Shown piece by piece: positions 37,510-54,666 of a DNA stretch of 64,000 nucleotides. Source of the DNA: Eledone cirrhosa. Its lineage: Eukaryota. The notes beneath the pieces are model-generated. The model worked only from the letters and a program-made list of their open reading frames with translations. It did no database searches and was not told the origin of the DNA. Each line of letters opens with the position of its first letter. Position 1 is the stretch's first letter. The DNA is taken from positions 49,476,001-49,540,000 of the forward strand of contig OZ024750.1 in assembly GCA_964016885.1 (NCBI GenBank). Direction: 5' to 3'. A program made the translations under genes and the position numbers.

Positions 37510-38809
37510 ATTTTCATTATGAGCTGTTTGTTTACCGACACCTTAGTATACATGTTGGAACGTTCGACGAAGTGCGCAGGTTGGTCTGTTTACTCCGGAG
37601 TAATATAAAAAGAAGGCTAAGTCAACAGGGTAAAATTAGCTTCGTTTATTCATATTTGCTGCTATATATATTTCAGTGGTAGCCATTATCAAAGCTATGA
37701 CCTCTTCAGGCAGTAAGAACTGGAACAGAAAAAACAGGAAAACATAATGTTGTAATGGATTTTACCCAGTTAATTCATTGATATGCTCAGCTCCAGAGTG
37801 TCGTGTTAGTCCTCTAAGGAATTGAAAGCATATGGTATAGAATGAATACATTTCAGCATCCAAAGGACATGCGCTCACCTCATTGGTCAGATATCATACC
37901 TCACCCCAGCCGAAAGTCTATTGAAATTCAGTCATTTCTCCTAGAAACAGGCCAGCCTGTCATTGCTTTCAACAGTATGTATATAATTGGTCCGGTTTAC
38001 CTACTTAACTGCAGTGGTAGGGGTGTGAGTAGGTCAGCCAGCCAGTCAACTACAATCGCCTGTTGTCAAGGAAGAATGTATGTATGTAAACTGAGAGAGT
38101 TCAGTGCTTCTCTCTACCATCAGCTCTTATAGTGGGAGATGCTAAAATTCGTGTTTTAAAACAAATACGTGTTAAAATCTAGAAGTGTAAAGAATCATAA
38201 TCCGTATTTTAAACATTTAGTACACACCCGGAAACGTCTGTCAACATGCACCATTTCGTGTACACACGTATAAAAACAAATCTAAGTGCATTCACAAATC
38301 TACACAGACTCAAACGTCTCGTCATGTGGTGGGGAGAGGAGTAATTGGTGTGTTCTATTTCCTTGTAGTAGTTAATACTGACACTTGCATGCGAAAGGGG
38401 ATACGTTTGACGTTGCATATCTATCGGATAATCAGATCAGAAGTCGGCGTTGGTTGGTGAGGCCCTCTGGTCGGAAGCTTCGGGTGCCGGGTAGCATACA
38501 AGGTAGGAATCATCCGGCGAACATCATTTCGGTAATTAGCTAGTGTCCACTAACTTGCGTTCCAAGTTATGGAAGTGCGAGTGAAGGGTGAGCCACAGCG
38601 GTGTGAGGCATGGTTCTAGCTGCTAGGTAAGGGTAGTGTTATAAATGTTATTCGAGACGAGAGAAGAGGGGAGAGATAAGTATAGTGGGTGTGCTTGGTG
38701 TCCCGGAGGCTCAATGTGTCGGAGTTGCTATCCATAAAACTTGAGGGAAGTTTCCGTCCTAAGAGGTTGCTATCCTTATAGCTTGAGGAAAGTCCCGGCC
38801 CTAAGGTGT

Positions 38810-39150
38810 CTACAGGTACCAAAGAAATCGGTCCTAAGGTTTATTAGATTACTCCCACCACTGAGTATCTCAAGAGTCTCACTCAGACATAGGTTACAGA
38901 TACCAGATGCCCCTCAGTCATGTGGTACCCCCCTAACCATGGACTAGAACAAAGATTACGGAGTCTTGTTCAGCTGGAGCTTCCAGATCAGTTCGGAAAC
39001 GGTCATACTTTTCCTTTTGTCTATCCTCATAAACGAATGGCGGTGGATATATAATCCGTCCTTGAAGTTGGTGTGGCTTCTGTGTAAAGGTGCTCCGAAT
39101 TGGGGGTTGTAACTATGCATCTGTATACTACGTTTTTCAGTAGGCATTCA
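38810..39150 (-). mobile_element. Decayed Penelope-like GIY-YIG fragment
   Basis: HRHSF..KRKSMTVSELIWKL..CNLCLSE..LINLRTDFFGTCRH, read through stop codons. Confidence 0.7.
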
Positions 39151-40051
39151 TTAGCAAATGGGCATAATGTGGGCTCTCTGCAGTACGCATTTACGTATAC
39201 GTATTTGTGTGTGCATATGTGCGCATATGCTTATGTGTGATTGTGGGCATGTGTGCATGTGCGTGTGTGCATATATTTGTGTATGTGCACTTGTAAGTGT
39301 ATATGTGTGACCCTCTCATATATTCATCATATAACGTGCAGTCCTTCAATAATTATTTCTACTTTTGGCACAAGGCCAGTAATTATACCAGTGTATTACT
39401 GGTACTTTATTTTATCGAGCAGTAAGGATTAAAGCCAAAGTTAACCGCGGCAGGATCTGATTTCTGATATAAATTAAAATAAGCAGAGAATGTTACATAA
39501 TGTAATGTTCCATGGTATTTCACTATGGTGTCCTGGTTGAATCAGTTGTCAGCCATAATCAAGCAGTATTCATCTGTCGAGGCTGCATTGTGTGAGATCT
39601 GCCTAATTGAATTTCCTTTGAGTTTTCCTTTAAGTTCCGATGAGACGCTCTGTTTTTAAATATGTTAATTATTTTCAACTGAACCAGATCAATAATGATA
39701 TATAGTCATCTGACCCAGAATATTATATGGAGTAGCGAAACAATTGTAAACGGACATTATTATTATTAATATTATTATTATTATTCTCTACATTCCTTAC
39801 ATCAAACTAAAATATGTTGTCAATCTTTTAATAATGCCTTCCTTGTGAAATTTGTGGTCTTGTTTTGCTTAACTAATGTATATTTCCAGCTCTGCACGTC
39901 TAACTTCTGCATGAAACCAGCCACCAGGCTGCTTTCTACTGCATATTGCACATTGAGCACATGCCTTTACGCTTTGGCTTCTAACTAATTCACCAATCTC
40001 TCCTCTCCTATCTCCATCTCTCTCTTTGAGATTGGTTACTCTTGAACTGTA

Positions 40052-40173
<122 letters not shown>

Positions 40174-40508
40174 TAGTAACATTTGTTTACGCCGTATTTG
40201 GCTAAATAAAATAAGTCCGTTAGTTGTAATTTTTTAAAAACCTTCTGAATGAAAACATTCCCTAGCTTTTTCTAAACAAAGCCTGCTTTGCGTCTCCCTA
40301 CATATATACAAATATATAAATGCTATAGTTATATAGCTGGTCATTGAAGGGAAGGAACCTTGGTTGGCGGGTTGATTTAATGGTTACATATTGGTCCGGC
40401 AAACGAAAGATATGGGTTCATGTCACAGGCCGCATCAACGCGCATCCATTCTTTCCATTCAGAGCGCGTTTTAAACAATCCCAACTAACGGACCAAATTT
40501 ATATATAT

Positions 40509-40549
<41 letters not shown>

Positions 40550-40566
40550 CTATTATATGACAGGAA

Positions 40567-40750
40567 GGCGGTGGATTGGCAGTATCGGTAGAGGGTCGGA
40601 CGCCATGCTTTGACGCATAGAGTTACGGCTTCCCATTGTGAGTTCAAATCCCACCGAGGTTAAATTTGCCTTTCATCCTTACGGGGTCGATAACATAAAG
40701 TACCAGTAATACACTGGACATTTGCTGGCCTTGTGCCTAACGTTGAAACA
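40567..40750 (+). mobile_element. Full-length tRNA-derived SINE with TSD
   Basis: TSD attatatgacaggaag at 40552-40567 and 40751-40766. Same family as the copy at 9592. Confidence 0.9.
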
Positions 40751-42720
40751 ATTATATGACAGGAAGCGTAGCTTTCAGAATTCATTAATTATGCTATATG
40801 CTTGATACCTATTTTTGTGGTGATAGAGTTCGTCGGTCGGAGATGAGAGTCACTACAGGTAGAAATACTAGTTCTCGGAATAGAGAGAGAGCACCTCTCC
40901 CATATTAAGGACATGTGATTGCAATGTGTCAGGAAAGAATCGCTGAACAGATATTATCGGCAAAACCATCGACAGGTGACCCCAGTAGTACACCCGGTGC
41001 ATGATCGTTGGGTAACATCAATAAACTTAGATGGTGTCGCTTGGGGGCCAATTGGAAGAAGAAGAAGAAGAAAAAGAAAAAGAAAAAGAAAAAGAAAAAG
41101 AGAAAGAGAAAGAGAAATAAAAATAAAAATAAAAATAAAAATAAAAATAAAAAAAAAAGAAGAAGAAGAAGAAGATGTTTATGGATAATACTCTCTTTTA
41201 TTTGGAATTCTGAATATGTTGACAGCCTGAATCTGTTACCAAGTAATATTTTTTCTAGTCTTGTTTTGTGCCCCGTATTTTCTCCTACATCAATGACATA
41301 GTTTTAAACGTATAGTCAACTTATGATTGATTTCGATATTGTGTCAGTTATTACACCTCCAGGCCTGTTTTGTTTGCAAATGTTTAGTTATATTGTTTGA
41401 TGCACGGAATAGCATCTATATGTGTATGGTTGCGTGAGCATACATGTGTGTGTCTGTCTGTGATTTTGTGCACCTGTATGTGTGCATATTTATGCTTCTG
41501 TCAGTTTCTGTGCACTTATCTGAGAATGCGTGTGTGTATATATGTGAATGTGCATATATGTATATATGTGCATATATGAGAGTTATTATCGACCATGTTT
41601 TTGATCGACTGCCCCGGGTTCAGATTTCAATTATGACTATGTTTTTAATAAATTTAACCATTTAGTACGTACATTACTCTATATATATGCTATCATATTT
41701 TTCACGGTAACATGTTTTACCTCGCATAAATATCTCAGATAATATCACATCTCTGAGATTTTGATATTATTTATTTTGAGAACAATGACTTAACATGACT
41801 ATGAGTGGCCGGTTATCGCCAGTTTGAAAATAAAGAGGCCAGAGTATTCTGGCGGGATACGGCCGATTTAAATGCTAAATTGACGTGTAACGACTGAGAG
41901 AAGAGTATTGACGTGTAACGACTGAGAGAAGAGATGACAAGCCAGTCCTTAATAGAAAGTACTTCCAAAATCTTCTGCTACATATCTTCAGCTAAATGAA
42001 AACCATCATTGAAATATAAATAAATTTGATCTAAAACACAATAAGTACCCACATCGGGGATTCCAAATGGCAAGGATCAGACCATGTAAAATGTGTCCTA
42101 ACCAATAGGTAACGTACCTCCATGTGAGTTGTTGCAGATTTATGTTTAGTTCGAACCTGGTGAAAGAAATAAAAATTAGCCATAGACTTCTACAATAGTT
42201 CCAATTATTGAACAATGCACAACTACTTAATGATACATCAACATTTATCTCTCCATCGCGCTCTCTTTCCTCTCCCATCTCTCTCTCGCGCTCTAAATAT
42301 ATATATATGTGTGTGTGTGTGCGTACGTGTGTGTGTGCGTGCGTGTATTTGCGTGTGAGTATGTGCGCGTGTGTGCGTACGTGTCAGCGTGTAAGTGCGC
42401 GTGTGTGTGTAAGCAAGTGAGTGTGTGCGTCTGTTTATATATATATATATAATATATTTAAAGGTTAAACAAGGTTCGATGAATAAATCAAAGAATTAGT
42501 TTTACAATCCATGACTGGATCTTAACCATCTACTATATCAGGGTATGTCATGCATGATATTATTTTATCTGACGAGGATGCACTGTTGAAGTTAGTTCAG
42601 TACCTCTGAAATATGTATATTAGAATGAAGTTCTATTTTTGTTAATATTTTGAAATATGTATATCACAATGAAGTTCTATTTTTGTTAAGATCTTGAATG
42701 AATATATATATAATATATAT

Positions 42721-42803
<83 letters not shown>

Positions 42804-42829
42804 TATATATATAATATATATATACATAC

Positions 42830-44143
<1,314 letters not shown>

Positions 44144-44282
44144 ATACACTCCGGAATACTGAAGGATCAGGAACTTAGTTTCTTGAACAATTCTTCCATA
44201 ACTCGTAGAGTAATCTCTTACCGTACGTCAACCATATCCAGTGTAGTAATTAACCATCACTACATCTTGGATAATCCTATAC

Positions 44283-44316
<34 letters not shown>

Positions 44317-44431
44317 AATACATACATATTTACATATACATATATGTATATATATATATAAAAACAAATAACGAAACGAAATTAAATTTCGTTTCGTTTG
44401 TAACTCACTTTTGTATGACTGACGCTTAAAC

Positions 44432-45178
44432 AATTGAGTTAAAAATGTACATCCAGATATGTATACTGAAATACTAGTATGCATATGAATACACACACGT
44501 GTACATATGTAGATGTACCGAGTTTTTCACTGGTCACTTTACTGTGAGTGTCCAGCTATTCTGTATGTAAACACACAGACAAACCGGTTTTTAGAGTCAT
44601 ACTGGTTTTTGAGGAAACACCTTTCCTCTATTCTCCAGAAAGCCAGACAAGGAATATTGGACTAGTTTCGATGTTGTTACATCTCATCAGCAATATTTAC
44701 CCATCTTCCGGCCTTTCTAGAGAATCGTAAAAGCACATATCGTTATATGCTTTTTCTATGAAAATTAGTAGTGGGCAGACTAATTTGCATAGAGCGTGAG
44801 TACGTACCGCTCACGCTCTATGCAAATTAGTCTGCCCACTACTAATTTTCATAGAAAAAGCATATAACGATATGTGCTTTTACGATTCTCTAGAAAGGCC
44901 GGAAGATGGGTAAATATTGCTGATGAGATGTAACAACATCGAAACTAGTCCAATATTCCTTGTCTGGCTTTCTGGAGAATAGAGGAAAGGTGTTTCCTCA
45001 AAAACCAGTATGACTCTAAAAACCGGTTTGTCTGTGTGTTTACATACAGAATAGCTGGACACTCACAGTAAAGTGACCAGTGAAAAACTCGGTACATCTA
45101 CATATGTACACGTGTGTGTATTCATATGCATACTAGTATTTCAGTATACATATGTGGATGTACATTTTTAACTCAATT
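44432..45178. repeat. Near-perfect palindrome, ~369-bp arms with a 9-nt spacer
   Basis: 44432-44800 is the reverse complement of 44810-45178. The ORF track gives an identical 60-aa ORF on each strand. Confidence 0.95.
44913..44957 (+). ncRNA. Type I hammerhead ribozyme (mirror copy on the - strand at 44653-44697)
   Basis: aatattg-CTGATGA-gatgt/acatc-GAAA-ctag-TC-caatatt. Confidence 0.82.
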
Positions 45179-45290
45179 ATATATATATACATATATATAT
45201 ATATACATATACATACATATTTACATATACATATATGTATATATATATACATATACATATATATATACATATACATACATATACACACAC

Positions 45291-45357
<67 letters not shown>

Positions 45358-45360
45358 TAC

Positions 45361-45509
<149 letters not shown>

Positions 45510-45651
45510 CATACATATATATATATATATATAACACATATATACACATACATACATATATATATACACATATATTAATAATGAACACTTAAACTTATTC
45601 AAAATATATGTTTTATTATATATATTTCGGGGTTACTGTGCTGTTTTTTCA

Positions 45652-46331
<680 letters not shown>

Positions 46332-47174
46332 TGTCGAGAATCGGAATCTCGGCTCACGAAATAACGAAACACAATCTTCGAATGCGTGGCAAAGTGCTCA
46401 ATAGTTTGGATAAACCAGAGCTATAACTAACGTTTAAATACCAACACACTAAGACGATGCTTAAACAATCATTCGCACAGCCGAAAAAACGACCAAGAAA
46501 ATTCGGGTCAGACAAATAATAATATATATGAATGGAAAATATTTACCCGGACCCGCTAGAAATATGGTAAATTCCAGCATTTGGGTTTCTGCGGCTCCTA
46601 AATCAGTTACCGTCAGCTTACATAAAAAATATCCGGCTTCTGGTAGAATGATGAACAAGGAAACCACTTTTTCAACAGGCGTTTAGTTCAGATATACAAG
46701 GGAACCCGTTGCTAAATCCACGTGGGGTCTAGCAAGGGAGGGAACCCCTATATTAGGCGAATGAATTCAGTAGTGTATATTATTGTAAAAATACAAAATA
46801 TCACATATCGAATTTGAGTTCTCAACAGACGGGTTAAAATTAGCATGAGCTATTCATCAGTCAATAAGATCAACTAAAAAATCAATATATATATATATAT
46901 ATATAGAAGTGGTTACACAACAGTTAGTTCACCATACCGAGAACAATTGTTTCACCTTAACGGATCCTCACCTCGTAATGGACATGGTTATATGGAACAG
47001 TAAGGACAACCGTACGATCACGCATGCACAGAAACGATCACTTCCCACAGGCAATTGCGTGCAAGAAGTGTAAGGGAGATAACTGAGAAATTCCGAAAGT
47101 TTCTAGTTGATAAGAAAATTAGGATGTTGATGTAATTCAATCCGGAGCTTTGTAGTTATGTAAGATATGTTTCC

Positions 47175-47510
47175 AGACGTGTGGACAATGTGTGAATAAT
47201 TCAATCCTTGAGTTTTGGCAATTCCTATTGCGTAATCTCTTTAGAATATGTATTCGTTCATCAATACATAGTCCACACGACGGATTGCCCCTTGCGGATG
47301 GCTTGGACTTAGTGATGGCTTTCCATTGAATGGAGTAGGCTATACTTCAGTCCTTGAGGGACCACACGTGGCTCGCGATTTTCGTGGATGAACGTCTGTC
47401 CGGGTACGTAAATGTCAACTGGTGGTTCATGAAGTGTAAATCGGCCCTCCATCATACCCACAAAGGATTTGACCTCCTGTGCTTGATTTGGTCGACTGAA
47501 AATCACCACA
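47175..47510 (-). mobile_element. Decayed Penelope-like GIY-YIG fragment
   Basis: KSFVGMMEGRF..IASHVWSLK..SIQWK..CGLCIDE..NSRIELFTHCPH, read across frameshifts. Confidence 0.72.
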
Positions 47511-49251
47511 GCTTAATAAACTACTGCGGATGTGTTGCATTGCTGTTGAAGGGGACAAGCTCCGGGTTTACGGCAAGAGCACCATGGTGGGGTGTTGTTC
47601 TTAGAGGTGTTGGTGATGTGGGCCTTCATGTTCTTAGCGCAAGAGTACCCTAGCTTTACTTTGTGTCGGTTAAATATTGAGTGCGGTCTTGTAATTGTAG
47701 GGGTGGTCTGCTGGTCAGCGGTTTGCTGAAGAGGAATAAGAGAAAATAAAAAGGAAAATGAAAAAAGATAACTAACCTAGGTTAGTCATGTTTAGGGGTG
47801 TGGCTTTGGTGTAAACTATCTAAATACTTAAAGGGGTATTTTGTAATAGAGAGAATTAAGGTTTGTGGTTAGTGTTTGAAAAGAGTATGAATAAATAAAT
47901 AGATGAACATGTTGTTAAACTGACTATGTGTGTGAAGCTTTACAGGTTCATCTATCATTAACAGCAGAGGTCAGAGGAGTTTTCGATCCCAGTGTCGGGC
48001 CAGTTCGATATAGATTGAAACCTGAGCTGATCAATAGCGAAATGCGCGTCACTACTCAATCTAAACTATAATAAGGTAAGGTATGTGGGACTGCATCCAG
48101 AATACATTTTTTTATGCCGTTTGATTTCCTTCAATAAATAATTGTTTCTACTTTAGGCACAAGGCCAACAATTATACAGTGTATTACTGGTAGTTTATTT
48201 TATCGACCCCGTAAGGATGAATGGCAAAAATAATGAATGAATATTACATAATTTATGTACTAAATTTCGTAACTAAATTTCGTATTCATAAATATATTTA
48301 AAATTGACTTCTTTTCAAAGTTACACATTTCTAGACTTCCGGTAGATCGTCGCCACCACCACCACTTCAACTACCATATATATATAGAAAGAGAGAGTTT
48401 GTGATGTGAGAGATAGAGTGATTATGACTTTCTACACGCTGACGCCCATAAGTGTGCACATACATACATCTATATGTATGAGTATATAACTATTATCGCG
48501 CAAACACAAACTTATAAAAGTACACCCTCACGGACATACATTCAGATAAATACACATACTTTCACACAAATACATTCACACTTACATTTACACAAACACA
48601 CACACATACAGTCATGATAGCGTTCGTTGAATTGGAAATGGGATGGTAAAAGAAGTATAACCTTTTATTTATTTATTAACAACAGTTTAACTCTTTTTTT
48701 AAAAACTCTTTTGTATAAAAAGGTAATATACTCCTCACAAAACGAAAACACAAACAGATATATTATATATGCTGTAGCTTTCACTCTTACCGCTGCATCC
48801 ATGATGTGGAAACACGCAAGAGGCACTAACTGTGACGTACCATTCACACAAATACACATACTTTCACACAAACTCATACATACATTCACACAAATACACA
48901 TTCACACATGCATTTAGACAAACACACACATACAGTAATGATAGCGTTCGGTGAATTGGAAATGTGAGTGTAAAAGTACACATTTTTTATTTATTTATTA
49001 ACAACCTAGTTTAACTCTTTTTTTTAACACATTTATATAAAAATGTAATATAATGATTACAGGACGAAAACACTAACAAATATAATATATAAAAAGCAAA
49101 GGGAAAGGAAAAAAAGAAAGAGAAAAAATACATAAGCACGTAATACCCACATGTTAGACACCATAGAACAATATGCAGGCGAAAGAATGGTATAACGACA
49201 CGCTGCCAGAGCAAAAGATAGCAATATAGCGAGGAGCACTGGGAAACCTCT

Positions 49252-49590
49252 CTAATATTTTTTGAGGCGGGCCAGCACGCTCGCGGCGTTACCTAGTGTG
49301 ATGGCGAGGCTGAGGTGCTGGAACAACCAAGTGCACTCACGAACATCACCAGTTACCACTGTTTGGCGAGCCGCCAGTGAAGATAAGAACCTCGCAGTCA
49401 GTAGCCCGACTCCCCCAAACCTCTCGAACACCACAGGCTGGATAATGTAGTTAGCTGACAGAACACGGTATTTTAGGTTTGTGTTCCGTTCGGCTGTGGA
49501 TGCTGTTGCTCTCGCCCTTACCGCCCCATCCAGAATGTGGGAAGAAGCAAAAGAGTCACTAACTGTGACGTCCCAAGGTAAGGCACCTGC
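49252..49590 (-). mobile_element. Restriction-like endonuclease C-terminus of a CRE-like non-LTR element
   Basis: WDVTVSDS..AE..KY..L..YIIQPVVFERFG..TGDVRE..LFQHLSLAI..GNAASV. Confidence 0.75.
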
Positions 49591-49904
49591 CTCTTCACCA
49601 GGATCACATAGTAGGGCCGTCAAGTATTTTACCATCACTTCTGGTGGACAACCCAGATAGTTCCAAAACAGAGGGGTTGTTTGCCCGGGCCAAAGCTCTG
49701 GAGGGTAATAAGACAGTGTGTGTATGTGCACGCGCGAGTTCGTCGGTGTTCTTAAATTAGAGACGTGTGTGTATGTCACTGTTTTTAAATTACAGACATA
49801 TATGTGTGTATCTTTTTTCTTTGTTTTACACGCCCATACATTCAAACAAACACACAAACACATTGTGTGATGGCCGTGTGGACAGAACATCCTGAAATTT
49901 AGAC

Positions 49905-50553
49905 ACATGGGAATCGAGTTCTACTGAAGCAGTTAGAGAAGTTCAAATATATTGGAGCCGTGTTCATGAGAGATGGAATGCAGGAGGCTGAATTAAGTAC
50001 AATAATTGCAAAAGCTGATGCAGTAATGCGCCAGCCTCAGCATTCAGCAATCAGAATAAGGGGGTAACGTGTAAAAGCAAAACTCACTGTCTTCCTGGTA
50101 TTCCTGCCAACTCTTATTGAGGATTGTGAATCTTAAGTAATGACCAAAAGAATACAATTGCAAACAAAAGCGGCAGAAATGGGATTCCACCGTAGGGTCT
50201 TTGGAGTAACGTTCCCCGATAAATTGCATAACTCAGAGACCAGAGAGTCACACATGGTAGAGCCGCTACTTCTCCGAATTGAGAGATCACAATTCCGATA
50301 TTATGAGCATGTTGTTAGAATGTCTCAGTAAAGAATTCTTGGAGACATTTTACAGGCAAAACCAACCGTCAAGAGACCCAGAGGTAGGTCCTGAGCAAGA
50401 TAGTTGGATAACATCCACGAGCTTGGTTGGTCATGCGTTGGGATCCAGCTGGATCAGTTAGAGATATTTGCTTCTGACAGACTCGCTGGAATGAGTGTTT
50501 GAGAAGGACTTTGCCCCTACGACCCTCTCAGAAATAAGTGAGTGAAGAAGAAG
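49905..50553 (+). mobile_element. 3' fragment of an RTE-clade LINE
   Basis: EQLEKFKYIG, AAEMGFHRRVFGVT..DKLHNSE, IERSQFRYYEHVVRM, and a short (GAA)n tail. Confidence 0.8.
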
Positions 50554-50577
50554 ATATTGTCAATTTACTTTTCAATT

Positions 50578-50611
<34 letters not shown>

Positions 50612-51506
50612 AAATGGCGTAGGACAGAATAAAGGAGAAGCACAAAAACAAAGAAAACAATCCCCAGTTACTGAAGAGGTCACATAATGTCTGACGAAAA
50701 ACTTTGACAATATATAAACAACCATCTGGTTGTGGAACCAACCAACCAACCAACCGGAAATTTATAAATTCATAATTTTATAAATTTATTAAAATAAATT
50801 GAAGTGAAATCTTATGGTGCGTGTGTTTCTTATTGGCAACATGAGCCTCCCAAAGTATAACAATATCGGTTTCAACACACGTTTTCAGATAAAGAATCTT
50901 ACTAAACAAATTCAGAAACGAAATATATATATATATGCATAAAATACCAATATGCACACTGCATATGCTAGCAGAAAACCAACCGTGGGGCGGCTTTTCT
51001 GCTAGTAAACGTAATGATGGCATAGCAAATCGTCCATTTGTTATTATATTTACACTCTGCTTAGTTCTACACCTCTTTACAGACTAGATACTACGGATCG
51101 AGTGCTCAGCGGGAGAAACTACAGTAATTGCACGTTACACTCCCTATATATATATATGACATCGGTAAGGAATTTGTTCTTATATCAATGTTTGACGGGC
51201 ATCCACTGATAATTTATAAGTGCCCACCTGCATATGTTCTTACAGAATAATATGTTGGCTTTTACATAACCCGGATATATTCTCCCAACTTGTAAAAAAC
51301 TTATAATGAAACAATTGTTTGGAAAGAGAGATATATATTTTAATTTTAATTATATCTCATATAAAATAATACAAATGGCTTTCCACAAAATACATATAGT
51401 TAGCACCCCAAACATATAATTGGGATTATACTAAGGTATATCCTAATGTTTGTTGAGTGAGATGGTAGCCAGTCAGAGTAAAGCTTAAGGCTTTCTCTGT
51501 TAATGT

Positions 51507-51546
<40 letters not shown>

Positions 51547-51564
51547 CTTATTTGCTAAACTTTC

Positions 51565-51613
<49 letters not shown>

Positions 51614-51653
51614 TAAAATAACAAATTTTAGTCTTCAAATTTATTATTATTAC

Positions 51654-51686
<33 letters not shown>

Positions 51687-51720
51687 CCCAAATCCATTCT
51701 CAAGCGTGAAACTAATAATA

Positions 51721-51908
51721 ATTGTTTCTACGTTAGGCGCAAGGCCAGCAATTATCCAGTGTATTACTGGTACTTTACTTTATCGACCCCGTAAGGATCA
51801 AGGGCAAAGTTAACCTCGGCGCGATTTGAACTCAGAATGGGAAGGGCCGTAACTCTATGCTGGAAAGCATGGCATCCGACACTCTACCGATACTTCCAAT
51901 CCACCGCC
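51721..51908 (-). mobile_element. tRNA-derived SINE (same family)
   Basis: Reverse complement of the SINE at 40567. Flanking direct repeat cgtgaaactaataata. Confidence 0.85.
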
Positions 51909-52272
51909 TAATCCACCGTGAAACTAATAATAACAACATTTGTACTGCCTCTTCGTTTTTCTGTTTTTTTGTCCTCTGTTTCCTTTAAAATATATATGTA
52001 TCTATATATTTTCGGAGAGTCAACTTGCCAATAAAACCAGATGTACCTGTTGCTTTTCACTACAATTATTATAAATTTACGTTTTGCTGGTTGGTTGGTT
52101 GGTTCGATAACATAACCGGAAAGTTGTTTATATATTGACAAAGCTCTTTCTTTACAAAATTCTCTGGCTCGGTTTTTATTTTATGTCTCTCCTTTGTTCT
52201 GTCAACATGACCCTCCAAAGGTACGACAATATCTGTTTAAACAGATCTTTCTAATATATATATATATACATA

Positions 52273-52469
<197 letters not shown>

Positions 52470-52874
52470 GGAAAGTGAGGTTTTTTTTACAAATTGAAAA
52501 AATAACCGAGGTGTCCTACACGAGTGAAAGTATAAAGAAAAAGAGTAATAAATGTTCGATGAATGCCTACGTACATATATATATATCTGTGCATGTATGT
52601 ATATATTTATACATACTACTGTACGTCTGTATACATATATGTATGTACGTATACATACTTTTATTTAAGTAACAACCGTACTAAGAGTGAGAAATGAAAT
52701 TTCGTTTAATTTTTTTCTTTTATATATATATATATATTAGAAAGTGAGGTTTTTTTAATAAAATGAAAAATAACCGAGGTGTCCTACACGAGTGAAAGTA
52801 TAAAGAAAAAAAGATGAAATCGAAAATGCAACTGGAGTCTTATTTAAAAAATATATATATATATTTATTTGGTT

Positions 52875-52911
52875 CCTTTACCGGTTTCGCAGTTCTTCTG
52901 CTTTTCAAAGG
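52875..52911 (-). ncRNA. Minimal type I hammerhead ribozyme, U3:A8 variant
   Basis: Minus strand reads cct-TTGAAAA-gcag/ctgc-GAAA-ccgg-TA-aagg. Confidence 0.7.
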
Positions 52912-53329
52912 TAGAGTTGATATGAAGGGTCTGTGGTTTTTCTCACATCTGGTTGGTCTTTGAATGCTACTTGTTTTATATGTAGAAAAGTTGCTCGAAA
53001 CGCCATGTTTTCAGAGAAATAATTTAATAGCTTGGTCAATAATTATAATAAATTTCGCGCCAGTTCGCGTTACAGTTCTTTAAAAAAAAAAGGGGGGTGG
53101 GGGCTCAGGTTGATTTTTTCATATATGAGTGTTTGAATTCCTTTTTACTTAAAAAAAGGGGGTCATATATATATATGTGTTCTAATGAATTTATTTAAGT
53201 GACGTAATGAAGTCAATATTCAGCAATATTTTTGAAGAATTATATTTTCTATTACATGAAAGGACGTAATGTTCTCATAGATAAATTATAGAAAGATGCA
53301 CATTGGTAGGTGTGTGATACAGTACAATT

Positions 53330-53367
53330 ATATGCACATATGTGTATATATATACATATATATATAC

Positions 53368-53405
<38 letters not shown>

Positions 53406-54090
53406 GCGAATGTGTGTGAGTATATAAAAATGTGTGTAAGCGTGTGTGCGTCATTGTGTGTGCATACATAGAAACATATATACATATACATACATACAAA
53501 CCAATATACATACATACATACATACACGCATATATACATAGAAACAAATATACATACATACACGCATATATACATACAAACACATGCATAGATACAGACT
53601 TATATACATACAAACATAAATACATACGACTATACATTCATGCATACATACATATATATATATACATATATGCATACATATATACCTACATACGTACATG
53701 CATACATATATACACACACACATACATACATACAAACACAAACATACATACACACATACATATATGCATACATATATACCTACATACGTACATACATACA
53801 TATATACACACACACATACATACATACAAACACAAACATACATACACACATATATGCATACATACACACATACATATATGCATACATATATACCTGCATA
53901 CGTACATGCATACACACGAACACACACACATACATACATACATACATACACACATACATACACACATATGCATACATATACGCATGTAGGTATATATGCA
54001 TACATATATACCTACATACGTACATGCATACACAGATACATACATAGAAACACACATACATATATACACACATATATACATACATATCTT
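53330..54090. repeat. Degenerate (CATA/TA/CA)n low-complexity array
   Basis: Seen directly. It is the source of the spurious YIHT-type ORFs. Confidence 0.9.
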
Positions 54091-54310
54091 AAGCAATCAG
54101 ATTGTTAGAAATAAAAGTGAATAGACTTGTTTATAGAATATTTGTTTTTAATATTTATGAACTCAAAACATATAACTCAGATCAATTTCAATACAAAATA
54201 TATATTGCTGTACGGGAATTATGTACATAGTGTTTGTAGGTTTGATGAAAGCCGGTCTATTTTATTTTATAAGTAAAAAAAACATTCACCCCTCTAACTG
54301 ATTAACAGCA

Positions 54311-54380
<70 letters not shown>

Positions 54381-54459
54381 CTATGTGTATGTGTGTGTGT
54401 GTATCTATATATCTCTCTCTCTATATATATGTGTATATATATATATATATATACACATG

Positions 54460-54524
<65 letters not shown>

Positions 54525-54593
54525 CTCTATATATATATATATTATTATTACTATATATATATATTATTACTATATATATATATATATATATAA

Positions 54594-54666
<73 letters not shown>

